From assembly GCA_024790105.1 (NCBI GenBank), contig GCA_024790105.1_3053.1: 64,000 bases of DNA; one strand, given 5' to 3'. This document shows positions 1 through 9,794 of the stretch, piece after piece. Made by a program: the position numbers and the translations under genes. The notes below the pieces were generated by a model. The model made no database searches, was not told where the DNA came from, and saw nothing but the letters and a program-made list of their open reading frames with translations. Each line of letters starts with the position of its first letter. Position 1 is the stretch's first letter. Source of the stretch: a phage.

Positions 1-134
1 TAAAATTTTGGGATAGGCTCTTGCTAATTGACCCGCTACACCTGAACCCATAGTATGAAAACAATTGCACCCGTGCGCAATAATATTACCTTGAAGAAAT
101 AGGGCGACAATATCGCCCTTGATATATTTTACAA

Positions 135-482
135 TCATCTAGTACTCAATCCTCGATTATAAGAATCTACCAAACGGTCAACCATTGAATGACAAGCGGC
201 TTTATCTTTCTCCTCCGCAACTGAACATTCTAAGGTATTCCACTTTTTAGCATATCGTTTTAATAATGTATCGTTTTTGTATCTGCTTGATTTATCTCTT
301 TCTCCAACTTTATATGCATATATTAATTTCTGCGCAAATTCAGCTTGGCATGCTTTATTTTTCCCACAATAATCTGCCGCAGTGCGGTTTACATATTCTC
401 TAATTTCAGTATATGATGTATCTGCTGACGCAGAAGCAGAAAATGAAATTAATCCTATACATAAAACCAAAATTTTAGTCAT
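135..482 (-). CDS. hypothetical secreted protein (signal peptide, Cys-containing)
   Basis: 115-aa ORF; hydrophobic N-terminus MTKILVLCIGLISFSASASA resembles a signal peptide; part of a tightly packed minus-strand operon. Confidence 0.45.
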   Translation of the reverse strand: MTKILVLCIGLISFSASASADTSYTEIREYVNRTAADYCGKNKACQAEFAQKLIYAYKVGERDKSSRYKNDTLLKRYAKKWNTLECSVAEEKDKAACHSMVDRLVDSYNRGLSTR

Positions 483-1020
483 TTACTATTTCCAAAAGTT
501 TATTATTTTTAAGGTAATTAGCCTTTTCTAGGACTTCAAAAGCATATTTAGAACCAGCTTTAACATTCCATCCCGAATTATAAGAGGATATTGCTTTTCT
601 TATATCGCCCTTATGTATATTTAACCAATAAGAAAGTTCAATGTACGCCCAGGAAGCTGAATTGGATCGTTTATTCAACATTCTTTTTATTTCAGCATCG
701 GTCATATTATAACCAAGTTCCTTAACTCTTGCTCGCATAGTAGGCAAATAATTTTGGAACATTCCGTAGGCGTGATGCTTTGGTTTAGATTTTAAATTAA
801 CTCCGCCAGAGCTTTCTTGCCATAAAATAGCAGCCATTATATGACCTAATCCGCTCTTGTGGATATTTTTGTGTGTTTTATATTTTCCATCCTTAGAAAA
901 CTGTTCCCCGAATTGATACGCGTAACGCATGTTATCGAGTTGGACATTACTGAAAGTATGCTCGGAGCTATGTGCCATCATAGAAATAGCCAATAGACCA
1001 GCGAGTAGTGCTTTTCTCAT
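475..1020 (-). CDS. secreted lytic transglycosylase-like protein (SLT domain)
   Basis: 181 aa; N-terminal signal-peptide-like segment; ILWQESSGG and AYGMFQ motifs typical of SLT/lysozyme-like transglycosylases. Confidence 0.55.
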   Translation of the reverse strand: MRKALLAGLLAISMMAHSSEHTFSNVQLDNMRYAYQFGEQFSKDGKYKTHKNIHKSGLGHIMAAILWQESSGGVNLKSKPKHHAYGMFQNYLPTMRARVKELGYNMTDAEIKRMLNKRSNSASWAYIELSYWLNIHKGDIRKAISSYNSGWNVKAGSKYAFEVLEKANYLKNNKLLEIVND

Positions 1021-1027
1021 GCTTACC

Positions 1028-1489
1028 TCATTGAGTTTTAATTACTGCTTTAGAAGCCTTTCCTGGTAAACGACGACTGTTAATAATTGCCATCCTGCAT
1101 TGAAGTAACGGGTTTTTGAACTTCTCATTAGGCTTACAAACCGTAAATCCAAGCCAAAGATTTCCATCTGTGATTTCTAAACGTCCAGGACGATATTCAA
1201 CCCCATCAATAAAATCCTCGTCAATGTCAGGACGCGGAGGCATACTCAGGAATTCATTAACTTCTAAAACATGGTCTTTTATTTTATGGAATAATTCAAA
1301 AACATATGTCTCATCAATCTCCCGTTGAATTGCACGATCAAGAAGATGTTGAGAATATTTTAGATGAAACGATGAGACCCCTGCTGCTTTTGATGCCTCA
1401 CGAATCTCATTGTTAATTTGACGAAACTCCGACTCAAAATGACGACGAAGCTTATTTCGACGGATAAAAACTTCTGTATTGATAGTCAT
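1028..1489 (-). CDS. regB: RegB endoribonuclease
   Basis: 153 aa, near-identical to remembered T4 RegB (MTINTEVFIRRNKLRRHFESEF...). Confidence 0.85.
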   Translation of the reverse strand: MTINTEVFIRRNKLRRHFESEFRQINNEIREASKAAGVSSFHLKYSQHLLDRAIQREIDETYVFELFHKIKDHVLEVNEFLSMPPRPDIDEDFIDGVEYRPGRLEITDGNLWLGFTVCKPNEKFKNPLLQCRMAIINSRRLPGKASKAVIKTQ

Positions 1490-1548
1490 GTTATTCTCCT
1501 CTTAACTGATAGAAAAATTATACCACAGTCAAGAGGAAAAGTAAACAG

Positions 1549-1827
1549 TTATTCTTTAAATCTGATCAATTTATTCATAGACTTTGAGACTTCTGCACGA
1601 ACCTCATGTAGATTTTTGAGCTGTTCAAGACGCTGCGCATAGTAAGCAATTTCATCTTCTTCTAGACAGTCCTGTGAATCTTCTTTAAGATAACGCGCAT
1701 AGTCCTGGAAAGCATTACGAATTACTTCTTGGAAGTCATCAAGACTTTGAATTTTCTTAGGAGCAACAGATACACGACGAGGGGCAGTATAATACTCATA
1801 ACCAAACCCTGCGCTTAATTGAGCCAT
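1549..1827 (-). CDS. hypothetical protein
   Basis: ORF downstream of regB on minus strand; start chosen at internal ATG (MAQLSAG...) that overlaps the upstream stop in a TAATG arrangement. Confidence 0.4.
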   Translation of the reverse strand: MAQLSAGFGYEYYTAPRRVSVAPKKIQSLDDFQEVIRNAFQDYARYLKEDSQDCLEEDEIAYYAQRLEQLKNLHEVRAEVSKSMNKLIRFKE

Positions 1828-2093
1828 TAGTATTTTTCCTCTGGTTGGAACACAGCACGGCAAGCCCACATACTGGCTTCTTTGAGTTTCGTTTTAGCAA
1901 TAGTTAACTGATCTAGGCTTTCAGCATAATTCTTTGCGAATTCGTAGTCTTCACAATTATCTAGTGCTTCCCAGAATTCATCATATAAAGCGTCAAAGAT
2001 AAGTCCTAAACGAACTTCAGCGTCTTTGATAGCATTCACTTTACCGATTTTCTCTTCAGTATGTGGTTTATAACCCTTAATATCTTCAATCAT
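1827..2093 (-). CDS. hypothetical protein
   Basis: ORF in operon; start chosen at ATG overlapping the upstream stop (ATGATTGA). Confidence 0.4.
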   Translation of the reverse strand: MIEDIKGYKPHTEEKIGKVNAIKDAEVRLGLIFDALYDEFWEALDNCEDYEFAKNYAESLDQLTIAKTKLKEASMWACRAVFQPEEKY

Positions 2094-2307
2094 ATTTGAC
2101 TTCCTCGCCCGTTCCCAAATCATATTCAACTAAACGAATAGGTTCATGAATGCCATATCCCTGAACAGAAATTTCTGTCGTAGGATAAATTCCATTAATA
2201 TCACCCATGTTCCATGCTTCGTTAAATTGATGTTCGCCTGAATTACTAAACCATTTGGCGAAAGCATTTAGCACATCTTCAGAACCTTCAATAATTATCT
2301 TTGCCAT
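2086..2307 (-). CDS. hypothetical protein
   Basis: 73-aa ORF whose ATG overlaps the stop of the GrcA-like gene. Confidence 0.4.
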   Translation of the reverse strand: MAKIIIEGSEDVLNAFAKWFSNSGEHQFNEAWNMGDINGIYPTTEISVQGYGIHEPIRLVEYDLGTGEEVKYD

Positions 2308-2669
2308 TACAAACTCTCGGTAAAGGTACGAGCGATAACGTCGCGCTGCTGTTCCGGAGTCAGAGAGTTAAAGCGAACTGCATAACCGGATACACGGATA
2401 GTCAGCTGCGGATATTTTTCCGGATGCTTAACTGCATCTTCCAGAGTTTCACGACGCAGAACGTTAACGTTCAGGTGTTGACCACCTTCAATTTTAACTG
2501 TAGGCTGTTGCTCAATTTCAATTTCACGGGCATGCAAACCGTAGAAAATTTCTGGGTCTACAAAAGAGTCCTCTTTAAAGGTTTTAGAGACAATAATTCG
2601 TGCTTGAATACCATCTTCAAAATAAATAGTACCTTTATGTGTGCCTTCAAGAATTTGATATGCTTTCAT
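2307..2669 (-). CDS. grcA: autonomous glycyl-radical cofactor (GrcA/YfiD-like, PFL spare part)
   Basis: 120 aa; C-terminal ~60 residues ...[61 protein letters not shown] carry the glycyl radical motif RVSGYAV and match remembered E. coli GrcA/PFL C-terminus. Confidence 0.85.
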   Translation of the reverse strand: MKAYQILEGTHKGTIYFEDGIQARIIVSKTFKEDSFVDPEIFYGLHAREIEIEQQPTVKIEGGQHLNVNVLRRETLEDAVKHPEKYPQLTIRVSGYAVRFNSLTPEQQRDVIARTFTESL

Positions 2670-2676
2670 ATAAACC

Positions 2677-3591
2677 TCAATTAGAAAATAAATTTATCCA
2701 AGATTGTTCTTTAATTAAAAATGGCTCAGAATCATATGCCATTAAACTCTGTGTGATTAGTCCTTTAAAAGGCCCATCAATAAATTCCATGGTAAAATAT
2801 GGAATTTTATTCATTAGCCGTGCATTAGGAGCAGTACACAAAACTCTGCATCCTTTGAATACGCCTTTTTGTAATTTGTATTGCTTGGGATAAAATTCGC
2901 TTAAAATGTTGTTATTTGCCAAAATTTCAAAATGATTCACCAATTTATTTTTAATAGTTTTTGGCGAAAAATAAAGATATTCGAAAAGCTGAGTGTCTGT
3001 CATCATTGCATTCCGATTACGAAAAAACTGTGGACGAGTAATACCACCAATACAACATTTAATATTACAGCAGCAGTGTACAGTGTCAATATGGACACTA
3101 TAAATCTTATCCATATCAGGAGATTTGACAGGCTCATCAATTATATACAAAATTCGCGAAAGCGATAAACCTCTGAACTTGCTTCCTTTATTACCAATAA
3201 AACTGCGCACAGAATCAGTAAATAAACGAAAACGTATATCATCATTAGAATAACGCGAAAATTCCTTTTTAATGTTATTTGCAGAAATTTTAGCGTAAGC
3301 TGAAGTATTAGAAAGAACAATAACTGTTCCACCGTCATACAACCAATTAGCGGCAAAATTAGTTACTGCAATTGATTTACCGGATTGACGTCCACCATCT
3401 ATACGAAGTGTGCAGTACTGTTTAAGTAATTCTTCAAATGGTGGGATATAATCGTTTTTACAAATTTCTTCTACTCTAGCGTCAGAATGGTGTGTAAAAG
3501 CATTCATCAGGGATAGATAAGGACCAGTTAAAAATGTTCTCATTTTATTCTCTCTAAATTTGGGCCATTCCATGGCGCATGAATTGTCCAT
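2677..3591 (-). CDS. P-loop NTPase, terminase-ATPase-like Walker A/B, function unknown
   Basis: Walker A GGRQSGKS and Walker B LYIIDEP; ORF opens with GTG at 3606, first ATG at 3591; Cys cluster HCCCNIKCC. Confidence 0.5.
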   Translation of the reverse strand: MDNSCAMEWPKFRENKMRTFLTGPYLSLMNAFTHHSDARVEEICKNDYIPPFEELLKQYCTLRIDGGRQSGKSIAVTNFAANWLYDGGTVIVLSNTSAYAKISANNIKKEFSRYSNDDIRFRLFTDSVRSFIGNKGSKFRGLSLSRILYIIDEPVKSPDMDKIYSVHIDTVHCCCNIKCCIGGITRPQFFRNRNAMMTDTQLFEYLYFSPKTIKNKLVNHFEILANNNILSEFYPKQYKLQKGVFKGCRVLCTAPNARLMNKIPYFTMEFIDGPFKGLITQSLMAYDSEPFLIKEQSWINLFSN

Positions 3592-3623
3592 TTCTGTATT
3601 TACCACTCCAAGTAATTATGAAT

Positions 3624-3653
3624 ATACTATCACAATTCTAGGAGAAAGTAAAC
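3624..3653 (-). promoter_or_regulatory. early-type promoter module upstream of the P-loop ATPase gene
   Basis: minus strand GTTTAC - 18 nt - TAGTAT; 26-nt core tatcacaattctaggagaaagtaaac repeated at 4023..4048. Confidence 0.45.
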
Positions 3654-3655
3654 TG

Positions 3656-3958
3656 TTATTTATCTTTAATTACTTTAGCTGCTTCGATAGCCGCTTGCTG
3701 AAGGTCATCCATAGACATACCGAATTTAGAAGCAAAGTTATCAATTTTCTTTTCGACAGCATTCAAAGGCTTGGCCTGTTTACCTTCATTAGCGCCAGGA
3801 AGAGCGAGAATACGCTCTTTGTCAATATAAAGGCTTACAAGTTTCTTACGGTCTTTATCGGACAAATCATGAAATGAATGGGCCTTTTTATTTATAGCGG
3901 CTTCTAATTTACCTGCACTCACTCGCGCTTCAGTAATAAATTCTTGATATGTTTTCAT
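3656..3958 (-). CDS. internal head protein with capsid targeting sequence (IPII/IPIII-like)
   Basis: 100 aa; N-terminus MKTYQEFITEA matches the T4 internal-protein capsid targeting sequence with a following L-x-E protease site; located next to e. Confidence 0.65.
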   Translation of the reverse strand: MKTYQEFITEARVSAGKLEAAINKKAHSFHDLSDKDRKKLVSLYIDKERILALPGANEGKQAKPLNAVEKKIDNFASKFGMSMDDLQQAAIEAAKVIKDK

Positions 3959-4020
3959 ATGTTTCCTTTAAATGTAAATATTTTAATTGGTAATTGACTG
4001 TTCAAATAACTGTGAATATA

Positions 4021-4049
4021 TATTATCACAATTCTAGGAGAAAGTAAAC
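4021..4049 (-). promoter_or_regulatory. early-type promoter module upstream of the internal-protein gene
   Basis: minus strand GTTTAC - 17 nt - TG-ATAATA; repeat of the module at 3624..3653. Confidence 0.45.
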
Positions 4050-4053
4050 AACT

Positions 4054-5022
<969 letters not shown>

Positions 5023-5041
<19 letters not shown>

Positions 5042-5511
5042 TCAGTGATAAAGTTATTTAAATTTTGAGTATATTTCTTTTCATCAAAAATCTTTTGCTG
5101 TCTGCGTAACCGCCATGGCATTTCAATGAACATACGCCATATTCCTGATAATACTGCTGCTGTAAAAATATTAACAAGTATAGTTAAAAGAACCCAATCT
5201 CCTATTCTGTCCATTGGATTTTTTATAAAAAAGTAAAATACGAACGATGATATAGGAAGACTAATGATATACCACAGAAGAACCTTCTTATCTGTGAACC
5301 AATCAGCATTCGTTAACTTAGCGCGACCGTTTTGAATACATACGAACTTATCATCTGTTACAGTAAATGGCTTAGCTGCTTGATATCCCATTCTAAACTC
5401 CCTAATCAACAAATTTTTCATATCTTCGGAACAACCATTCCAGTCAACTCTATCAACTGAAATGCCATCATCCCCATCATCTAAATCATACCAGCGAGTT
5501 TTTAAAATCAT
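5023..5511 (-). CDS. hypothetical membrane protein (e.2 position)
   Basis: 162 aa with two hydrophobic helices; start/stop overlaps with neighbours. Confidence 0.5.
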
Positions 5512-5870
5512 TTAATTTTCCTACAATCACTCACAAACTCTTCCATTGATTCTTTTTCAATATAAGACATGTAGCTATTATATTCTTTTAATTGTATTTT
5601 GTAATCTTTTTTTCTTTGCCAATTTATTTTAAAATTATCATAATGAAAATATAACATGGTACCAAAGAATGAAAATAATGAAATAATTTTAGTATAGTGA
5701 AGTTCACTCCAAACTTCTATTATATTTACTGTGCCGTCAATGTTTAAAATAAGACAGTCAATTAACAATCCAAAAAGACTACCCGCAAGAGCTGCAGCCA
5801 ACGCCACAGCAAAAATTAAAAATGACTCAGGAAGCGAATATTTGACTTTATTTAGTTTTGGCTTTTGCAT
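5508..5870 (-). CDS. hypothetical membrane protein (e.3 position)
   Basis: 120 aa, two predicted transmembrane segments. Confidence 0.5.
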   Translation of the reverse strand: MQKPKLNKVKYSLPESFLIFAVALAAALAGSLFGLLIDCLILNIDGTVNIIEVWSELHYTKIISLFSFFGTMLYFHYDNFKINWQRKKDYKIQLKEYNSYMSYIEKESMEEFVSDCRKIK

Positions 5871-6244
5871 CGTGATTCCTTAACAAATTTCATAATTTCA
5901 TCAAATTCATACGCAGCAAGTTTAAGCTGATGTTCCTTTTTAATCTTTTTACACTGAGCTTTCCATTCGCGTACGCGTTTACGATAATGTCTTCCTTGAT
6001 ACCAGTATCCTACCCAATTTACAGGTACTAATAAAAATGGAACTATTAATGGAAGAATTAGCATTAATACAAGTATTTCGCCAGAATCAATATCAGTCAT
6101 AACATCTAAAACACCTCCAATAATCAATAGAATTACAAATGATATGAGTATAACAGGACCTATTAACACATCAGTAGAAATTATCTGACGCTTTAATTCA
6201 TATTTCAGCGGTTTACTTGGAAGGTATAGTGATGGTTTTGACAT
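5852..6244 (-). CDS. hypothetical membrane protein (e.4 position)
   Basis: start chosen at second ATG preceded by AAGGAG; hydrophobic helices. Confidence 0.45.
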   Translation of the reverse strand: MSKPSLYLPSKPLKYELKRQIISTDVLIGPVILISFVILLIIGGVLDVMTDIDSGEILVLMLILPLIVPFLLVPVNWVGYWYQGRHYRKRVREWKAQCKKIKKEHQLKLAAYEFDEIMKFVKESRCKSQN

Positions 6245-6821
6245 ATTCTCTACACTCCTTAACAAATTTTTCTAGTAATAAATCACTTTCAAAATTAGGA
6301 TTTTCCACTAATTTATCAAAAAGATCATCAACAATAGTTAAGATATTCTTTTTACTAAGAATACGTTTATTTTCATGCTTCGTTTCAGAATCAACTATAA
6401 GAGTAAAGAAATATTTCTTGCCCTGAAATTTTACAGTAGTATCAATATAAAATAAATTTGACTTTTGTAAATTACGTCTAAACCCCGCGTCACTTAAACT
6501 ATAAATGCCAAGATAGTCATAATCGTCGTTTAAATAACAAACTGTCCATTCAGGAGAAATGAAATCAGTAAATTCAACATCAAAATCACATGTCAATGAA
6601 TTAATTGATTCAATACTGTTAATAAGTATTCCAGGACGTATTAAAGACTTTTTACCTCTATAAAATCTTCCAGAAAGACTTTCGTCAGTTTCATATGAAG
6701 ACCCCCAATAGTAATTACGTCCTTCTGCCATACGTTTAAGAACATTTAGTAATTGGTCTGGAACATCAACATGTCTTTGGAACTCTTCAAACATTGAATT
6801 GAAATCATTTTGCATTCTCAT
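6213..6821 (-). CDS. hypothetical protein (e.5 position)
   Basis: 202-aa ORF, no recognisable motif. Confidence 0.45.
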   Translation of the reverse strand: MRMQNDFNSMFEEFQRHVDVPDQLLNVLKRMAEGRNYYWGSSYETDESLSGRFYRGKKSLIRPGILINSIESINSLTCDFDVEFTDFISPEWTVCYLNDDYDYLGIYSLSDAGFRRNLQKSNLFYIDTTVKFQGKKYFFTLIVDSETKHENKRILSKKNILTIVDDLFDKLVENPNFESDLLLEKFVKECREYVKTITIPSK

Positions 6822-6839
6822 TCCTATTTACTCCAGTAA

Positions 6840-6855
6840 TAGGGGCCGAAGCCCC
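6840..6855 (-). promoter_or_regulatory. GC-rich UUCG-tetraloop hairpin between e.6- and e.5-position genes
   Basis: ggggcttcggcccc on minus strand immediately after the stop of ORF 6862..7455, no T-run. Confidence 0.4.
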
Positions 6856-6861
6856 TTATCA

Positions 6862-7455
6862 TTATTTCAGAGAATTAATGTATTCCTGAACATCGGCAGA
6901 AGTGGTTTCAACCCCAGAAATATTACCGTTAAAGGTTTCAACTCGAGCAAGAGTATCTTCAATATCAACCTTAGTTAGCGCTGCGATTTCAACTACATCA
7001 TCGGCAGTACTAATTCCAAGGGCATTTGCCGCACGAGTTTCACGGATATATTCCAATTTAACTGCAAGTTCTTGGCGAGCATCATCTAACTCAACTACTT
7101 TCTTGGCGATTTCAATTCGCATTTCAGCATAACCATCAGCCTTAGTAGTCAACTGTTCAGCTGTTCGACGATATAGCAAACCGAGTTTAGCATGCATTGT
7201 TACATCTTGACCCTCGGAAAGAAGCTTGCGAATTTCACGCTCTTTTGATTCGGCTTGTCGATTCTTTTCGATAACAAGTTCACGAATACGTTTTTCTTCA
7301 TTAATAGATTTAACAGAAGCAGTTTTTAGATCTTTAATTTTATCAAGCAGTTTTGCTGCTGCAGCAGTATACTGTTCTTCAACAGATAGATTTTTAGCCA
7401 TAGCAGAACCAAGTTTAGTGCGAATAAACTCAACAATTTTCTTCAGTGTGTTCAT
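6862..7455 (-). CDS. coiled-coil protein, possibly PspA/IM30-like (e.6 position)
   Basis: 197 aa, charged heptad-rich sequence; weak resemblance to PspA only. Confidence 0.45.
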   Translation of the reverse strand: MNTLKKIVEFIRTKLGSAMAKNLSVEEQYTAAAAKLLDKIKDLKTASVKSINEEKRIRELVIEKNRQAESKEREIRKLLSEGQDVTMHAKLGLLYRRTAEQLTTKADGYAEMRIEIAKKVVELDDARQELAVKLEYIRETRAANALGISTADDVVEIAALTKVDIEDTLARVETFNGNISGVETTSADVQEYINSLK

Positions 7456-7524
7456 AGTATTTCCTTAGGTTAATTGAGATTTAAAATCCGTAGGAGTATA
7501 ATACTCTATCGTCAAATTATAGGC

Positions 7525-7554
7525 TCATAATATCTCAATCATGAGCCTGTGTAA
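7525..7554 (-). promoter_or_regulatory. early-type promoter (GTTTAC -35) upstream of ORF 6862..7455
   Basis: minus-strand GTTTAC followed ~17-18 nt later by an A/T hexamer; overlaps a 7-bp dyad ggctcat/atgagcc. Confidence 0.35.
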
Positions 7555-7556
7555 AC

Positions 7557-7832
7557 TTATTTCATATTATTGAAATATTCTTCTGCAATTTCGTCGTTAT
7601 CATGATAAACTTTAGAAGACAGTTTAACATAACCTTCAGCAGTGAACATGTTAATCACAACCTTTACAGTATACCACTGACCGTCTTCATTACCCATTAC
7701 TGCGTAAGTTTCAAACATCGGATGGTCAGGACCGATAACTTTAATATCATTCACTGTACGACCAAAATCTTCTGAAACACATTTCATAAAGAAGTTGAAC
7801 AGTTCGCCGTAATTATCCATTTCATTCTCCAA
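7557..7832 (-). CDS. hypothetical protein (e.7 position)
   Basis: 91-aa ORF. Confidence 0.45.
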   Translation of the reverse strand: MENEMDNYGELFNFFMKCVSEDFGRTVNDIKVIGPDHPMFETYAVMGNEDGQWYTVKVVINMFTAEGYVKLSSKVYHDNDEIAEEYFNNMK

Positions 7833-7863
7833 GTTGTTTTCTGTATCAGTAGTTGATAGTTGT

Positions 7864-7893
7864 ATAGTACCATGGAAGAACAGGGATGTAAAC
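7864..7893 (-). promoter_or_regulatory. early-type promoter upstream of ORF 7557..7832
   Basis: minus strand GTTTAC - 18 nt - TACTAT with a conserved upstream A/T-rich TTTCACAAAACTG element. Confidence 0.45.
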
Positions 7894-8022
7894 AGTTTTG
7901 TGAAAAATTTTTTAAAAAGTTTTGGGGAATTCTAGGGCAAGGAGGGGAAATCAAAGGATAGGATAATATATTATAAAGGGTAGAAACTAAATGATGCCTA
8001 GAGAGGCCTGGAAAGGCCTAGA

Positions 8023-8057
8023 TACCAAAAAGCCCCAACCTTTTGGTCGGGGCTAAG
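8023..8057 (-). terminator. rho-independent terminator (copy 1 of an identical 35-bp repeat)
   Basis: minus strand gccccgacc-aaaa-ggttggggc hairpin followed by TTTTTGGTAT, directly after the stop of ORF 8062..8535. Confidence 0.7.
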
Positions 8058-8061
8058 AATG

Positions 8062-8535
8062 TTATTTGATTTGTTTAGCAGACCAAATGCGGTCTTTAAT
8101 AATTTTTTGGATGTCTTCAACATACTCTAGGTCATGAGCATGTGGGTTATCTTTAAAGCTATGAGCACGAGCTAGCTTTTGGCCTTCAGTTTTGATTACT
8201 AAAAGCTCTTTAAGGATAGCTTCATATTTGGAGATAATTCCTTTAACGATATTTTTTTCTTGTGTGACTTTAGGATCTGCTTTAGGAGCAGGTTTACCCG
8301 AAGCCTTTGCAAAAGCAGCGCCAGTAGCAACTAAACTTTTCCAGGCCATACTAACTGCATTTCCCGTAAATCCTTCCGCTTTCATGTCGCGTGCGAACTG
8401 AAATCGCGATTCATTAGAAGCATCTTTGTAAGAATATTTACCCGCTGCAATGGCTGCTTTTGCAACAGCTTGAATTTCGGTGCTAGATGCTTCATTTAAC
8501 ACCGCTTCATTTAAAAATTGAGTATATGATTTCAT
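8062..8535 (-). CDS. capsid-targeting-sequence protein (internal-protein-like, e.8 position)
   Basis: 157 aa; N-terminus MKSYTQFLNEA resembles the internal-protein capsid targeting sequence. Confidence 0.55.
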   Translation of the reverse strand: MKSYTQFLNEAVLNEASSTEIQAVAKAAIAAGKYSYKDASNESRFQFARDMKAEGFTGNAVSMAWKSLVATGAAFAKASGKPAPKADPKVTQEKNIVKGIISKYEAILKELLVIKTEGQKLARAHSFKDNPHAHDLEYVEDIQKIIKDRIWSAKQIK

Positions 8536-8575
8536 CTTATTTCCTGTTTTAATTCGTGGTTTTAATATACTACTA

Positions 8576-8583
8576 TATTTATA
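8576..8583 (-). promoter_or_regulatory. late promoter TATAAATA (minus strand) upstream of ORF 8062..8535
   Basis: plus tatttata = TATAAATA on minus strand about 40 nt upstream of the start codon. Confidence 0.5.
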
Positions 8584-8615
8584 CCAAAAAGCCCCAACCT
8601 TTTGGTCGGGGCTAA
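8581..8615 (-). terminator. rho-independent terminator (copy 2 of identical 35-bp repeat), ends the tRNA/stable-RNA transcription unit
   Basis: exact repeat of 8023..8057. Confidence 0.7.
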
Positions 8616-8664
8616 GCCTTGCGGCAACCTTGTCGGGGTTCCACCTGCTAAGGCAAGTGTTTGT

Positions 8665-8756
8665 ACGAAACGCCGGGATTCGAACCCGGTTATTAAGTAG
8701 TTGACGCTACTCAATATTTTTAAAAGGCCATATCTCGACCATATCCGAACGTTCCG
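8665..8756 (-). ncRNA. tRNA-like stable RNA candidate (possibly equivalent to T4 rnaC/rnaD)
   Basis: canonical T-arm CCGGGTTCGAATCCCGG and a 7-bp acceptor-like pairing CGGAACG/CGTTTCG, but no standard anticodon arm and no CCA. Confidence 0.35.
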
Positions 8757-8929
8757 TCAAAAACGCTACTCGGCTTACGGCAAAGATATTTCCTCGAATC
8801 GATAATTCGGTGCGCCGTTTCTGCTGTGATATAAGGGGACATTAACAAAACATAAAGATTTGTTAATGCCAGTCCTTAAACAGGGAACATCAGTCCGACG
8901 ACTTACCGGTAGCGACCCGGCTTCTTGTT

Positions 8930-9006
<77 letters not shown>

Positions 9007-9009
9007 TAG

Positions 9010-9675
9010 TTAAAATTTCATTTTTCGACCTTTAAACCATCCTTCTGGAATTGGGTCAGTTTTCTTAATACGTTTAGAAACTTTTTCATCTAATGAATGA
9101 ATCCACATCATGCCAAATTGGGAATTCTTTTCACCTTGTTGGTGTTTATTTCTGGCGTGAGATTCTTTCATTTTATTAATAGTTTCAGGAGTATGGGTCT
9201 TACCCAAGAAAGATTTAGTATTTAAAAATTTCTCTCTATACTTAGGATTATCCCAAAGCTGTTTAAACCTTTCTGAACCCATTTTACGATATTTTTCTTT
9301 AAGGTCTGGGTCGTTCTCAAATCTGGTTTTAAAAGCAGCAGCCCCTTTTAAGGAAGCTTCTTTCTTTTTATCCAAATATTCTTTAGTGTTTAAATGGTCC
9401 CAACCACCTTCACCACCTAATTTCAAATTATAAACATCAGGGCGCTTTAAAAACTCTTCAGTCACAATATTCTTTTCTGACTCAAACATAGAGGTTTTAT
9501 CGTCAAAGAACTCTAATATTTCTTTAGAGAAATTTTCTATACCATACTTGTCTTGGGCTCTTTTTAATAATTTACCAGAACCCATATATCCATCATCTAA
9601 ATTTTCGGTAGAATGAGCGCCTATATAGATTTTATTATTAATTTTATTTGTTATTTTATAAGTGTAATGGAACAT
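9010..9675 (-). CDS. segB: GIY-YIG homing endonuclease SegB
   Basis: 221 aa; GIY-YIG module HYTYKITNKINNKIYIGAHST; sits inside the tRNA cluster as segB does in T4. Confidence 0.85.
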   Translation of the reverse strand: MFHYTYKITNKINNKIYIGAHSTENLDDGYMGSGKLLKRAQDKYGIENFSKEILEFFDDKTSMFESEKNIVTEEFLKRPDVYNLKLGGEGGWDHLNTKEYLDKKKEASLKGAAAFKTRFENDPDLKEKYRKMGSERFKQLWDNPKYREKFLNTKSFLGKTHTPETINKMKESHARNKHQQGEKNSQFGMMWIHSLDEKVSKRIKKTDPIPEGWFKGRKMKF

Positions 9676-9716
9676 AAATATCTCCTATTTCTAAGAGTAT
9701 TTATGTTCCCAAAATA

Positions 9717-9788
9717 TGGCCCTGGGTGGAATTGAACCACCATCTGGCGATTATGAGTCGCTTGCTTGAACCTTCCAGCTACAGGGCC
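9717..9788 (-). tRNA. tRNA-Ile/Met (anticodon CAU)
   Basis: acceptor GGCCCTG/CAGGGCC pairs, anticodon loop CTCATAA, T-loop TTCAATT. Confidence 0.8.
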
Positions 9789-9794
9789 TTGATA

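Noticed and set aside
1116-1328. 70-aa plus-strand ORF
   Set aside because: Lies wholly inside regB on the opposite strand.
2307-2669. Host E. coli DNA contamination or chimeric assembly explaining the GrcA-like sequence
   Set aside because: The gene has a phage-specific N-terminal half and its start and stop codons overlap flanking phage ORFs in a continuous operon.
8023-8615. Possible CRISPR array suggested by identical 35-bp repeats
   Set aside because: Only two copies, separated by a 524-nt protein-coding gene, and each repeat folds as a hairpin plus T-run; they are terminators, not CRISPR repeats.
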